Assembly: GCA_027317865.1 (NCBI GenBank)
Contig: DAHVQG010000001.1
Coordinates: 295,925 to 359,924, forward strand
Source of the DNA: Bdellovibrionales bacterium
GTDB taxonomy: Bacteria; Bdellovibrionota; Bdellovibrionia; Bdellovibrionales; UBA1609
Length of the DNA stretch: 64,000 nucleotides
Direction: 5' to 3'
Positions 40,616-50,451 of this stretch are shown here, in pieces. Every line of letters begins with the position of its first letter. The stretch's first letter is position 1. The notes beneath the pieces were generated by a model, which did not search any database, had not been told where the DNA came from, and saw nothing but the letters and a program-made list of their open reading frames with translations. Both the position numbers and the translations under genes were made by a program.

Positions 40616-42313
40616 TTATTTCGATGTGAGAGCTGTGAACAGTTTGGGACCAATCATCGAACCCCAACCCGTAGAAAGATCGTAACCGGTGACGGCCGGG
40701 TAATAGAGATTGGTCGATTGGTCGGCTATATCGTGAAATAGAGATTCGTACGACGAGCTTTCTCCTAAACTGTAAAACGTTGGGTTAGCAAAACCCAGCG
40801 GTTTGAGCCCTTTGGTTGCGCGAGCCTGGTTGACAAGTGCAGTAAACGCAGCCCAAATCGGCGCCGCACAACTTGTGCCCCCAAAAATGTTCCACATACC
40901 GCCCGTATAAATCGCGTAGCCTGTATTAGGATCGGCGTCGATTGCGACGTCTGGGACCATCCGCATTGTCGTCGAACCTTCGTTCACGGTTGACGCGACA
41001 CCTTTTTGCCAGCTTGGAATGCTCCAAATGCTGCTGATGCCACCGCCACCGCCTTCGGGTTGGCCAGATGATAAACTGCCTGCGACGCTCCAGCTGGTTT
41101 CGCTTTGATAAGCACCAGAGGAGGCTGTTGTTAATGTTGTACCGCCAGCCGCAACCACATAAGGTTGCGAAGCTGGATCGTCGACGCTTAAAGTTGAACC
41201 GTCGTCATAGGCGCCGGAATCTCCTGAAGCGGCATAGATCGTTTGCCCTTGGGCGGCCATTTGCATAAAGATCTTATTTTCGGCCTGTAAAAACGCGGTC
41301 GTGTTTTGCGATTCGGGGGCACCCCAAGAACTGCTGATTTGTTTAGCTTTATCGTCATCAGCAATTTTCGCGTAAACGTCGACGGGGCCGTTTTCAGAAT
41401 TCGGGCCCTCATAAACCATAATTGCTTTAGCTTGTGGCGCAACGGCCATCATCAATTCGATATCGAGCGTCACTTCATCGGCGCCCTGGCCGGCTGAACC
41501 ATCGTAGCCGTCAACCAATACGGTTTTGAGCGGCGGTTCATTGATGTTGTAGTTCTGGGCATAGGTTGCGATATCCGACGAAGCAAAACCGTCTAGCTCC
41601 ATAAGCCCAAGAGTTTGGCCCGCACCCGTGGCGCCTGCCGCTTGTAACGAGTAAGCGTTTTCGATATCGGCTGGACCTAGACCACCAATTGGTCCAGACG
41701 GAGGGTTCGTCGGATTTGAGCTTAAAGACTGATTGGTTTTGCGTTTGATATTGAAAGCGACAAAGTGGGCAAAACTGTTAAGGCCTAAAATAGCCGTAAC
41801 TTTCGACGCCAGCGTACTCTCAACATGTGGAGCCGCATCGGGAGCGTAAGCGAGCGTGCCGTCCTGTTTTTGATATTCTTGCATTTGTACGCCAAACGCC
41901 TTTTCTACGTTTGCCGAATATCCTCGACATTGAATCGTGTTCGTCGTCGTACGCACGATTTGCAAATTGTGGCTTTGCAAATAACTGCCGACGAGCGCAA
42001 ACGTTTCGGGTGTCGGGCCAAATTCCGCTCGAAATTCTTTCGGAGTTAAATAGTGGTGATACATTGAATCGTTCGGATTATAAAGTCGGTGAATCAAAGT
42101 TTTTAGAGCTTGCTGATGCCGTAGATTGAGTACCACAGTCAAGTTCATCATGTGGCTCGGAGCCAATCGGCCGACATTCATCGCCCCGACCATGGCCGCG
42201 TAGGGCACGTCTCCTAACAGTTGCATCTGTGATGGCTTTTGTGTTTTTGCGTGCGCTGCTAACGATAGCGTAAGCGTCGAGAGTAGAAGCGCGGCCCTTT
42301 GAATCCCTTTCAT
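40616..42313 (-). CDS. Second secreted S53 sedolisin/kumamolisin-type protease (no tail)
   Basis: EVTLD, SGDSG, GGTSCAAP, GYDLSTGWGS; long identical stretches with 10010-11830. Confidence 0.93.
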   Translation of the reverse strand: MKGIQRAALLLSTLTLSLAAHAKTQKPSQMQLLGDVPYAAMVGAMNVGRLAPSHMMNLTVVLNLRHQQALKTLIHRLYNPNDSMYHHYLTPKEFRAEFGPTPETFALVGSYLQSHNLQIVRTTTNTIQCRGYSANVEKAFGVQMQEYQKQDGTLAYAPDAAPHVESTLASKVTAILGLNSFAHFVAFNIKRKTNQSLSSNPTNPPSGPIGGLGPADIENAYSLQAAGATGAGQTLGLMELDGFASSDIATYAQNYNINEPPLKTVLVDGYDGSAGQGADEVTLDIELMMAVAPQAKAIMVYEGPNSENGPVDVYAKIADDDKAKQISSSWGAPESQNTTAFLQAENKIFMQMAAQGQTIYAASGDSGAYDDGSTLSVDDPASQPYVVAAGGTTLTTASSGAYQSETSWSVAGSLSSGQPEGGGGGISSIWSIPSWQKGVASTVNEGSTTMRMVPDVAIDADPNTGYAIYTGGMWNIFGGTSCAAPIWAAFTALVNQARATKGLKPLGFANPTFYSLGESSSYESLFHDIADQSTNLYYPAVTGYDLSTGWGSMIGPKLFTALTSK

Positions 42314-42590
42314 ATAATGACCTCCCCTGGTCAAAGCTGCTTCGGTTGTGCGGTTGCTTTGGGTTTTCTTCCAAAGTGAAAAATGAATATGGTGCCTGTC
42401 GGTTAGAGTTTTCTAATGTTTGAACTAAAAAAAATTTTAGCGTGTAAAATTGAAAATGGCGCACGTAAAAATATTTTCTGGACACTCGACGGGGAGTCCA
42501 GTTGTATTTTCGACACTAGGGTATCTGAGGTGTGACATTATTTGTTTATCGAGAGCATCGAACGTCGAGTCGGCTCTGTCTAGTCTAGTT

Positions 42591-43307
42591 TTACACGAGC
42601 AACCAAAGACCTATGAGAATTAGACAAACGTATAAGAGACGGTGAAAACGCGCGCTCGATTGACGGCCGATTAACCGGCCTAAAAAAAATCCGGCAAAAG
42701 TGGGGGCGAGCACCCAAAGAAAAAAATCGTCTTCTTTTGCGGAACAAAAACCTGAAAACCAATAACCGCACATGGCGAGAGAACTCGCGATTAAAAAATA
42801 AGCCTGAAGGGTCGCGCGAAATTTTTCTGGTGGCCAGCGGCGAAGCGAACCATAAATAGCCAGCGGCGGTCCGTTCATGCCGTATGAGCCGCCAAATATT
42901 CCCGCGAAAAAACCAAACACCCAAGCGTACCGGTCGTCGGCAAGCGTAAAGCGATTGGGGCGGTCGAGTGAGTAGCCTGAAAATAAAATTAGAATGGAGG
43001 CCAAAATATCTTTGATAATTACTTCGGGGACGATTTTGAGAAGCAATATTCCGATGGGTAAACCGAAAAGAGTCGAAATAATTAGAAGGCGCGCCCCGCG
43101 AAATTGTATATGCTCCCAATCCAAAATCACCGAACTACCGGCGATGAGAATTGACACGAATACGGCAATTGGCGCCGCAGACGGCACGGGGAGGATTAAC
43201 GCAAGAAGTGGAACCGAAATCAGCGCTTCGCCGAAGCCAAACGTCGTGCGAAAGGTGGCTGCTATAAACACTATAACGGCGATTTCTGCAGACGTTACGG
43301 TAAGCAT
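42591..43307 (-). CDS. TauE/SafE sulfite exporter family protein
   Basis: GFGEALISVP, GGSYGMNGPP, FRATLQ; multiple TM helices. Confidence 0.88.
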   Translation of the reverse strand: MLTVTSAEIAVIVFIAATFRTTFGFGEALISVPLLALILPVPSAAPIAVFVSILIAGSSVILDWEHIQFRGARLLIISTLFGLPIGILLLKIVPEVIIKDILASILILFSGYSLDRPNRFTLADDRYAWVFGFFAGIFGGSYGMNGPPLAIYGSLRRWPPEKFRATLQAYFLIASSLAMCGYWFSGFCSAKEDDFFLWVLAPTFAGFFLGRLIGRQSSARFHRLLYVCLILIGLWLLV

Positions 43308-43367
43308 TTCGAGAACCTATGGTTAAAATTCGCGCTGTAGCGAAAGATTATATTTCAGTTCTGTATG

Positions 43368-44291
43368 TTACACTTGTTGCCGCTCTTCAATAACCAAATG
43401 TTTAAGATCGAACCGATTAGTCAGACGCTTGCGGTAAAAATCTGTTCCCATAAGCTTTGAAGCTGTCACTACGACTTCGCAGGCTACGGCGTTCGGAGCT
43501 ACCCTCCATGTGTGCACGTCCAAAACTCTCGCGCCAGTTGATTCGATCTCGGAGCGAACGCGATGGGGCGGAATTTTTTTAGAATGTACGTCGAGCAGTT
43601 CAAAACCCGTATCGCGGCAAAGGCCGTATGCCCACTTTAGTATAACGAGCGAACCGACTATTCCCATCAGGGGATCCATCCATGTCCAACCAAAATATTT
43701 GCCGAGCGTAAGCGCTATAATGGCAAGTACGGAGGTCAATGCGTCGGCGAGAACATGTACGTAAGCGCTATGTAAATTATAATCGTGGGTTTCGTGTTCA
43801 TGTTCATGTTCATGTTTGTGCGCGTGATGATGAGCAGAATGATCATGATGATCACGAAGAATCCATGCGCTTAACAAATTGACGCAAAAACCTAATGCCG
43901 CAATGGCAATAGCCTCGTTGAATTGTATTTGCTCAGGGTGAAAAAAACGGTCGATCGAATCAACCGCCATCAAAAACGAAATCATGGTCAGGACGAGAGC
44001 GCTTGTGTAACCTCCGAGAGGGATAAGCTTGCCTGTTCCAAATGAAAGATTTAGGTTGAATTTGGACGACCGGCTTAAACGATAAGCTATCAACGAAATT
44101 ACCATTGCCGCCGTGTGCGAAGCCATGTGCCAACCGTCAGCAAGAAGAGCCATAGAGTGGTCCAAGCTCCCGGCCGTAATTTCGGTTATCATTGTCACTG
44201 CCGTTATTATCAATACCCAAGTCGATTTTTTTTCATTGATAATTAGCGAATTATCTTCAAGTAGGTACTGGTGAGGGTAAGATGAATCCAT
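43368..44291 (-). CDS. dmeF: CDF Co/Ni efflux transporter
   Basis: SMALLADGWHMASH, His-rich loop, HVLADALTS, WMDPLMG. Confidence 0.9.
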   Translation of the reverse strand: MDSSYPHQYLLEDNSLIINEKKSTWVLIITAVTMITEITAGSLDHSMALLADGWHMASHTAAMVISLIAYRLSRSSKFNLNLSFGTGKLIPLGGYTSALVLTMISFLMAVDSIDRFFHPEQIQFNEAIAIAALGFCVNLLSAWILRDHHDHSAHHHAHKHEHEHEHETHDYNLHSAYVHVLADALTSVLAIIALTLGKYFGWTWMDPLMGIVGSLVILKWAYGLCRDTGFELLDVHSKKIPPHRVRSEIESTGARVLDVHTWRVAPNAVACEVVVTASKLMGTDFYRKRLTNRFDLKHLVIEERQQV

Positions 44292-44313
44292 ACTCTAAAC
44301 TCCTAAGGCAATA

Positions 44314-44586
44314 TCACTTCCAGAAGCTTTTCATAATATCGATTAATTCTTCGCCGGATTCCGTTGCGATCTTTTTGTTTTCCGCCTCGACAATATGCTC
44401 ACGGATATGTTGTTCAATTACGTCACCCATCAGTCCGTTTAGCGCGCCTCTGCAAGACGATAAAAGTTGCATGACCTGATAGCATTCTTCTTCGGAGTCA
44501 ATGGCTTCAGCAAATGCATCGAGCTGCCCCTTTAATCGATTGACCCTAGAAATAATTTTTGATTTTTCCCGAATTGTTTGGCTCAT
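44314..44586 (-). CDS. RcnR/FrmR/CsoR-family metal-sensing repressor
   Basis: RVNRLKGQL, C..VMQ, RGALNGLM, HIREH. Confidence 0.9.
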   Translation of the reverse strand: MSQTIREKSKIISRVNRLKGQLDAFAEAIDSEEECYQVMQLLSSCRGALNGLMGDVIEQHIREHIVEAENKKIATESGEELIDIMKSFWK

Positions 44587-44600
44587 AGACGAACCCAATT

Positions 44601-44618
44601 AGTATAGGGGGGTATACT
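44601..44618. promoter_or_regulatory. RcnR/CsoR-type operator
   Basis: AGTATA-GGGGGG-TATACT, an inverted repeat around a G6 tract, next to minus-strand TTGACA (44620-44625) and directly upstream of the repressor. Confidence 0.8.
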
Positions 44619-44695
44619 ATGTCAAATAAAAAACAAAACGAATTGCAAATTAATTTTGACTCAATTGATATGCTACTTGTATAGGTTTGTCGCAA

Positions 44696-46012
44696 ATGAA
44701 ATTCGCAATTTGTGGTGTTTTTATTGTAATATTTCAGCTGGCGGCGGGGCGTGCCTATTCTGAAGTTGTTTCTGCTCCGACTGACGCGAACTGGAGTATT
44801 CATTTTCAAACTACGACGATCTCGCAAGGGCATCCTGGATTTTCAGCGGCATACAGTGGCACAAACAGCCTCAGCCCATCGCCCGAATTCGACACCTCGC
44901 TTACATCGACTCTATTTTTAGGGAGAAGACTTTGGCATAACGGTCAAATTTACTTTGATCCCGAACTCGCGGGCGGCAGAGGCGTGAGCTCGACACTTGG
45001 TATTGCCGGATTTCCGAACGGTGAAATTTATCGAGTGGGGTCAAGCGCCCCCGAGATACATGTTGCAAGATTATACTTGAAGCAAATCTTTAGTTTGGGC
45101 AATGCCCGAGAGTATCTTCACGACGACGAAAACCAAATTCGTGGTTATATACCGGTACATCGAATTACCCTAATCGCCGGCAGATTTAGCCTGAGCGATT
45201 TTTTTGACAATAACGAATACAGCCACGACCCACGCACCCAATTTCTTAACTGGGCACTTATGGATAACGGGGCGTGGGACTACGCCGCTGATACGACGGG
45301 CTATACATGGGGCGTGTATTTGTCATACAACGAAAAAAATTGGGCGTTGAGGCTTGCCACAGCAATGGAGCCTGAGCAAGCGAATCAAATGGAACTTGAT
45401 ACGGACCTACGGCAGGCGCACGGCGATCAAATTGAAGTTGAACGGCGTTACCATATTGGCAAACATCGCGGAGCGGTGCGGGTGATGTACTATGAAAACC
45501 ATGCCGACATGGGCAGCTATGCGGAGGTTCTTCAGAATCCTGTGTATAACATGAATATTGTAAAAACCCGCGCGTACCGAACAAAATATGGTTTTGGACT
45601 TAATGTTCAACAAGAGTTAACTCACGATTTAGGTGCCTTCGGCCGACTCGGCTGGGATGATGGTGCAACAGAGTCTTGGGCGTTTGCTGAAATTGACCGT
45701 ACCGCAAGTATAGGCGCGAGTCTTAAAGGTGCAAATTGGCACCGACCTGCTGATCGCGTTGGATTAGCCGCAGTGGTTAACGGTCTTTCAGAAGATCATG
45801 CGGCCTATCTTGCCGCCGGCGGCTACGGGTTTATGATCGGTGACGGTAGACTTAATTATGCTCCCGAAGAAATTGGTGAAGCGTATTATTTGTGGCAGCC
45901 GTTTAACTATCTTGGCATCACAGCTGATTTTCAGTTTGTGAATCACCCAGCATACAACAAAGATCGAGGTCCCGTTTACCTTTATGCACTAAGACTGCAT
46001 TATGAGATATAG
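44696..46012 (+). CDS. OprB-family (high-affinity Mn2+/carbohydrate) porin
   Basis: GFPNGE, YSHDPRTQFLNWA, AWDYAAD, DFQFVNHPAYNKDRGP. Confidence 0.85.
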   Translation: MKFAICGVFIVIFQLAAGRAYSEVVSAPTDANWSIHFQTTTISQGHPGFSAAYSGTNSLSPSPEFDTSLTSTLFLGRRLWHNGQIYFDPELAGGRGVSSTLGIAGFPNGEIYRVGSSAPEIHVARLYLKQIFSLGNAREYLHDDENQIRGYIPVHRITLIAGRFSLSDFFDNNEYSHDPRTQFLNWALMDNGAWDYAADTTGYTWGVYLSYNEKNWALRLATAMEPEQANQMELDTDLRQAHGDQIEVERRYHIGKHRGAVRVMYYENHADMGSYAEVLQNPVYNMNIVKTRAYRTKYGFGLNVQQELTHDLGAFGRLGWDDGATESWAFAEIDRTASIGASLKGANWHRPADRVGLAAVVNGLSEDHAAYLAAGGYGFMIGDGRLNYAPEEIGEAYYLWQPFNYLGITADFQFVNHPAYNKDRGPVYLYALRLHYEI

Positions 46013-46058
46013 TGTTAAAAATAAGCAGTTAAAATGGCAGTATTAAAAGGCGGAGGCG

Positions 46059-46547
46059 GTGGATAATATTTATTCATTTAATGTGAAAAAAGCGGACGGC
46101 GGCGTGCAATCGATGGCGGATTTTAAAGGCAAAGTCTTATTGGTTGTAAACGTGGCGAGTAAGTGCGGTTTTACTCCTCAGTATGAAGGGCTAGAAGAGC
46201 TCTACAAAAAATATTACGAAAAGGGGTTCGTCATTGTTGGCTTTCCGTGCGATCAGTTTGGTCATCAAGAGCCGGGCACAAACGATGAAATTCAACAATT
46301 TTGTCGCACGCAATACGATGTGCATTTTCCGGTAATGGCGAAGATTGACGTTAACGGCGATCAAGCGGATCCGCTTTATGTGTGGCTTAAGGCGTCTGCT
46401 CCGGGGTTTATGGGTATCGAAGCGATCAAATGGAATTTCACTAAATTTTTGATCAATCGTCACGGTCAAGTTTGCGAACGGTTTGCTCCCCAAACAAAAC
46501 CCGAAAGTATTACCGCTTCAATCGAAAAGGCTTTAGCTGATTCTTAA
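46059..46547 (+). CDS. Glutathione peroxidase (Cys type)
   Basis: VNVASKCGFTPQY, FPCDQF, KWNFTKFL. Confidence 0.95.
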   Translation: MDNIYSFNVKKADGGVQSMADFKGKVLLVVNVASKCGFTPQYEGLEELYKKYYEKGFVIVGFPCDQFGHQEPGTNDEIQQFCRTQYDVHFPVMAKIDVNGDQADPLYVWLKASAPGFMGIEAIKWNFTKFLINRHGQVCERFAPQTKPESITASIEKALADS

Positions 46548-46564
46548 TTCGTCGCTGCCCATAT

Positions 46565-47791
46565 TTAAGGGTTCGTCAGCCAATTGAGCTCCGAGGTTAC
46601 GACTTGTCGGACGGCGTAGCCCAAGGGGCCGAACATTTTTCGAATGACATTGAAGTACTGTTGGCGTGCTGGCGATGAATGCGCTCCCGCCGCTTCTGTT
46701 TTTGCCCACCATGTGGCGTCTTCGAATCCTATTTTGTGCTGTGGAGGAACAGGCACCCCCATTTCGTGGTCTTTGAAACGCGGGTCCATGGTCAGATAAT
46801 CTTCGTCGATTTTCGGAAAGAATTTGATACTTGCGCTGCCGGCGGCTGCGGCTTGTTTCATCCCTAAATGCGCCATATGGCGAACGAGTCTTGCCATATT
46901 GTGGTCTTGATAGGAAAGCGAACGTGGTCCGTGTTTTTCCGCCGACAAATACGCTAAGAATTGATTGCCGGCAATGTTACCGCTTCCATTCAGTGCGTTT
47001 ACCATCACTTTTGCGACGAAGTCTTCAAACGAAAAGTGATAGTATACGATGATGTTTGTCATCTGTTCGACAAAGTGGTGTAAGCCGTGGCCGTATTTAC
47101 TAAAAAATGGAAAGTATAGAAACTTTATCGTTGGTACTTGGACCGTGTGATAAGGTTGTGCGCAGTCTTGAAGATAATGAAGTGCATCCGCGAGAAATCG
47201 CACGGACCAGTAGGGTTGGCCTTTGGCGTGAGCTTCGCGAGAAAGCTGCACAAAAAGAGCGGCTCGTTCGGGTGCCTGCCCCATCGATTTGAATTCTTTG
47301 TTCAACGGTAGTTTAAAAGTTTCAAACGGGTGCCAAATATCAAACGCTTGCCAGTACATGTGTCGAAACGCTTGCGAGGGCACGCCAAGTTTGCCACCCA
47401 TCATCGAATAAGCCGGGTCCCATAGTTGCGGATATTCATGTGGCCCAAATAGTTCTTGATCCATCCCCCAGTCGGGTTCATCGGAATATTTCGACAATAT
47501 AGCGAGTACAGAGATTTGTTGACCGGGTTTTTCTCCTAGCTTCGGGGCAAAAACATAATGCTTTGAAATTTGCATGTGCGTATTGAAGTCGATCCGGTTC
47601 GCGTAACCGAGAGCATGAACTAACGATTGAAAACTCGTGTACGGTGCGGTCTTACCAACAAGACTTGTAACCGGCCTGAGGGCTCCTGTTGTGATAGTAT
47701 AGTGATCCGACCAAGCCAAAGCCGGCGACGAAAACGCGCCGACAAGAAGCGGAAGAATCAACAGCGACGAGGCAACGAACAGCTTGCGCAT
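46565..47791 (-). CDS. Secreted Zn-dependent phospholipase C / P1 nuclease-like protein
   Basis: Mature N-terminal Trp (ALA|WSDH), DEPD, FRH, LHYLQD..QPYH, H..FE. Confidence 0.7.
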   Translation of the reverse strand: MRKLFVASSLLILPLLVGAFSSPALAWSDHYTITTGALRPVTSLVGKTAPYTSFQSLVHALGYANRIDFNTHMQISKHYVFAPKLGEKPGQQISVLAILSKYSDEPDWGMDQELFGPHEYPQLWDPAYSMMGGKLGVPSQAFRHMYWQAFDIWHPFETFKLPLNKEFKSMGQAPERAALFVQLSREAHAKGQPYWSVRFLADALHYLQDCAQPYHTVQVPTIKFLYFPFFSKYGHGLHHFVEQMTNIIVYYHFSFEDFVAKVMVNALNGSGNIAGNQFLAYLSAEKHGPRSLSYQDHNMARLVRHMAHLGMKQAAAAGSASIKFFPKIDEDYLTMDPRFKDHEMGVPVPPQHKIGFEDATWWAKTEAAGAHSSPARQQYFNVIRKMFGPLGYAVRQVVTSELNWLTNP

Positions 47792-47797
47792 ACGATT

Positions 47798-48208
47798 TTA
47801 TGGTACGTAGGTCGAATATCCGTAGGGTGTTGTGTAGTAATATCCCGTGTTGTAACCCGAATAACCTGAATAACTACTCGGATAATTTTGATAACCGTAC
47901 CCGCTATAATTATAGTTACTTGGGTAATTGCCATAACCGGAGTAACCGTAATTGGTTGTGCAACCCATGCCGGGAGTTATCATTTGCCCCTGCGGACCTA
48001 TGCAAGAGCTACCGTTAAACGAATATCCATATTGTTGGCAGAGCGGTTGCGATGGCGTGACTCCTGTAGGTAAGCAGCCGCCGTTTGCACCGTATGTGCC
48101 ATACATGTTCGGGTTATAGTAGTTTGGGTTATTGTTGCTCGATTTGCCGCAACCAGCAAGCCCAACCACCGCCATTAAACTAATTATTGTGTAAGTTAGT
48201 GTTTTCAT
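47798..48208 (-). CDS. Tyr/Gly/Asn-rich lipoprotein
   Basis: Lipobox LAGC, four further Cys, low-complexity YSGYG tail. Confidence 0.7.
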   Translation of the reverse strand: MKTLTYTIISLMAVVGLAGCGKSSNNNPNYYNPNMYGTYGANGGCLPTGVTPSQPLCQQYGYSFNGSSCIGPQGQMITPGMGCTTNYGYSGYGNYPSNYNYSGYGYQNYPSSYSGYSGYNTGYYYTTPYGYSTYVP

Positions 48209-48222
48209 ACTTTTCGTAGAAG

Positions 48223-48238
48223 TACAAGATGCGTGCCA
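48223..48238 (-). promoter_or_regulatory. Candidate sigma-54 promoter
   Basis: Minus strand TGGCACGCATCTTGTA; one mismatch at -12. Confidence 0.45.
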
Positions 48239-48504
48239 AACTCGAGTGACCCATAAGACTCCGATATAATTGCCAGAAGCGAAATTGTGGCGTGAACGTC
48301 ACAAATTGAGATTGTGTATAACAATTAGACAGTGACACTTTAAATTGGCCAATCCAGCAAAATGCAACCTTTAAAATGAATCACAATTGCTACACGAGTA
48401 GTAGGAATATGACGGTTTTATAATTCGACCGCAGCGCTCAGCTCATCTAGATTTTTACAGGCTAGGTAAGTCGTTATTTCGCTGCCAAAAAATGGGGGTT
48501 CGAT

Positions 48505-49356
48505 ATGAAGACCGCAATTATCGCCACTTTTCTGATAACCGTTTGGAGTCAATTTTCGTTAGCTCAGGTTAAACTGGCAAAATCCAAAGCGCCATTTACT
48601 AAAGTGCTTATTGTCATGTTTGAAAACTGCAGCTACCAAAACGCGCTGGAGCAGCCTTACTTTTCGAAGTTTGCGCAAGAAGGGGCTCTTCTGACTCATT
48701 TCAGCGCTGAAAGCCACCCGTCACAAGGGAATTACATCGCGCTCGTTTCTGGCGACGAGTATAACGCAAGATACGATCGTAGTGTGATCGTGCAAGCTCA
48801 AAATATTGGCGACTTACTGACCGAGAAAGGTCTCACCTGGAAGAACTATGCCGAAGGGTACCCGGGAGGTTGTTTTCTTGGCTCTCGATACGGTCGTTAC
48901 GTTCGTAAGCATGTCCCGTTTATAAGTTTTGCCGACGTCGAAAACAATCCTGCGAACTGTTCAAATGTTGTTAACGCCAGTCAATGGCAATCGGATCTGG
49001 CCGCAAATTCGCTCCCCACGTTTTCATTTTACTCGCCCAATATCGACGATGACGGGCATAATACGGGGCCGGCATTCGCTTCGCAGTGGTTTGCGAACTT
49101 TATGCACAATCTGAAGCAATATCCGAAGGCCACGAAAGGCCTTTTAATTATTGCGACATTTGATGAGGGTTCCCGATCCTCCTATACGAATCACATATAC
49201 ACGGCCCTATACGGCGCAGGAGTAAAACCCGGGAGTTCGTCAAACTTACCCTACAACCATTATAGTTTGCTGCGAACAATCGAAACAAATTTGAATTTGG
49301 GCACGCTGGGCAAACAAGACGCGAACGCAACGCCGATTCAAGGTGTCTGGAAGTAA
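48505..49356 (+). CDS. Secreted phosphoesterase (acid phosphatase family)
   Basis: VMFEN, HPSQGNYIAL, YVRKHVPF, DDGH, TFDE, YNHYSLLRTIE. Confidence 0.88.
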   Translation: MKTAIIATFLITVWSQFSLAQVKLAKSKAPFTKVLIVMFENCSYQNALEQPYFSKFAQEGALLTHFSAESHPSQGNYIALVSGDEYNARYDRSVIVQAQNIGDLLTEKGLTWKNYAEGYPGGCFLGSRYGRYVRKHVPFISFADVENNPANCSNVVNASQWQSDLAANSLPTFSFYSPNIDDDGHNTGPAFASQWFANFMHNLKQYPKATKGLLIIATFDEGSRSSYTNHIYTALYGAGVKPGSSSNLPYNHYSLLRTIETNLNLGTLGKQDANATPIQGVWK

Positions 49357-49437
49357 TTGCGAGTGCTCATACAAGTTGGGGTCACGTATCATCTTCTGGC
49401 TTGACTGTTCTGCTGTTTCCGGTGACGCTCTTGCATT

Positions 49438-50403
49438 ATGAAGTTTTACTTACGCTATTTCAGTTTGCTTGTCGGAGTTTTAATTGTTGCCTCAACGGCA
49501 TTGGCGCAGACATTTGTCGCGACTGTTGTAGCCGTCAGCGGCGATGTTAAAGTTTTGCATCTCCCCCTGCCTGGCGATCACGGACCGTTTCTGAAAGTGC
49601 ATAACCGAACCTACATTTATCATCAGGCAAAGCTTGGCGCAAAGATTGACCCCGGCGAAATTATAATGAGCGGAACTAACGGAAAAGTTCGACTGGTCTA
49701 TCCGAACGGCGATACTTTTTTTGTTGCTTATGGCAGCTCGTTTGTGTTGCCGGTCGAGCTTAATAAACAGGCTAAAAACAATCGCCATCGCGCCAATTCG
49801 TTGGTCAAAATGTACTACGGTCGTTTTCGCGCTCTTATCTCAAAACTTGGCCCACGCAACCGGTTGCGCGTGGTTACGCCGGATGCTGTCGCCGGCGTGC
49901 GCGGCACTGATTTTTTCGTGCGCTCGAATGCGACGGTTGGAACCCAATTAGTGGTTTTGCGAGGGGCGGTCGCTATGCGATCCAAAATTTCTTCATCACA
50001 TTCAATTTTGGTGAAAACAGGATATTTGGCGCAGGCAAAAAATAAGGCGATAACAGTACCAAAAGTTATCTTAGTCACACGCGAAGGCCTTCAGAAAATT
50101 CGTCAAGAATCGGCACTTAAAGTAAACGCCCGAGAAGTCGCCAAGCTGCCGAAAGTGGAACAAAAAGAGATCCACGAGTTGCAGAAAAAAGCGTTCGAAT
50201 CCGTTATGGTTGATATTCACAGTCACAACCCCGCGCTTTATAAGGAATTAAAGCGGCGCAAAATCAAAAAATTGGATCAGATCAATAATGTGGTTATATC
50301 CCGTCTGTGGAATCATGCGCCAACTGCGAAAAATCAAAAACCGGCTTTAAAAATGCCAAAATCGAATAAGCATTCATATTATCGTCATCCTGTTGTGCAA
50401 TAA
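49438..50403 (+). CDS. FecR-domain exported protein
   Basis: Signal peptide, TPDAVAGVRGTDF, VLRGAV. Confidence 0.85.
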   Translation: MKFYLRYFSLLVGVLIVASTALAQTFVATVVAVSGDVKVLHLPLPGDHGPFLKVHNRTYIYHQAKLGAKIDPGEIIMSGTNGKVRLVYPNGDTFFVAYGSSFVLPVELNKQAKNNRHRANSLVKMYYGRFRALISKLGPRNRLRVVTPDAVAGVRGTDFFVRSNATVGTQLVVLRGAVAMRSKISSSHSILVKTGYLAQAKNKAITVPKVILVTREGLQKIRQESALKVNAREVAKLPKVEQKEIHELQKKAFESVMVDIHSHNPALYKELKRRKIKKLDQINNVVISRLWNHAPTAKNQKPALKMPKSNKHSYYRHPVVQ

Positions 50404-50451
50404 TGTGAAGCTTGTTCGCGTACGTTTAGAAATTTAGCGCCGCCCTTTGAA

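Noticed and set aside
37871-46547. Selenocysteine recoding in selD or glutathione peroxidase
   Set aside because: Both have Cys codons at the active site; selD pairs with mnmH for tRNA selenouridine.
49420-49435. Sigma-54-like GG-N10-GC upstream of the FecR gene
   Set aside because: The predicted start site would fall downstream of the ATG at 49438.
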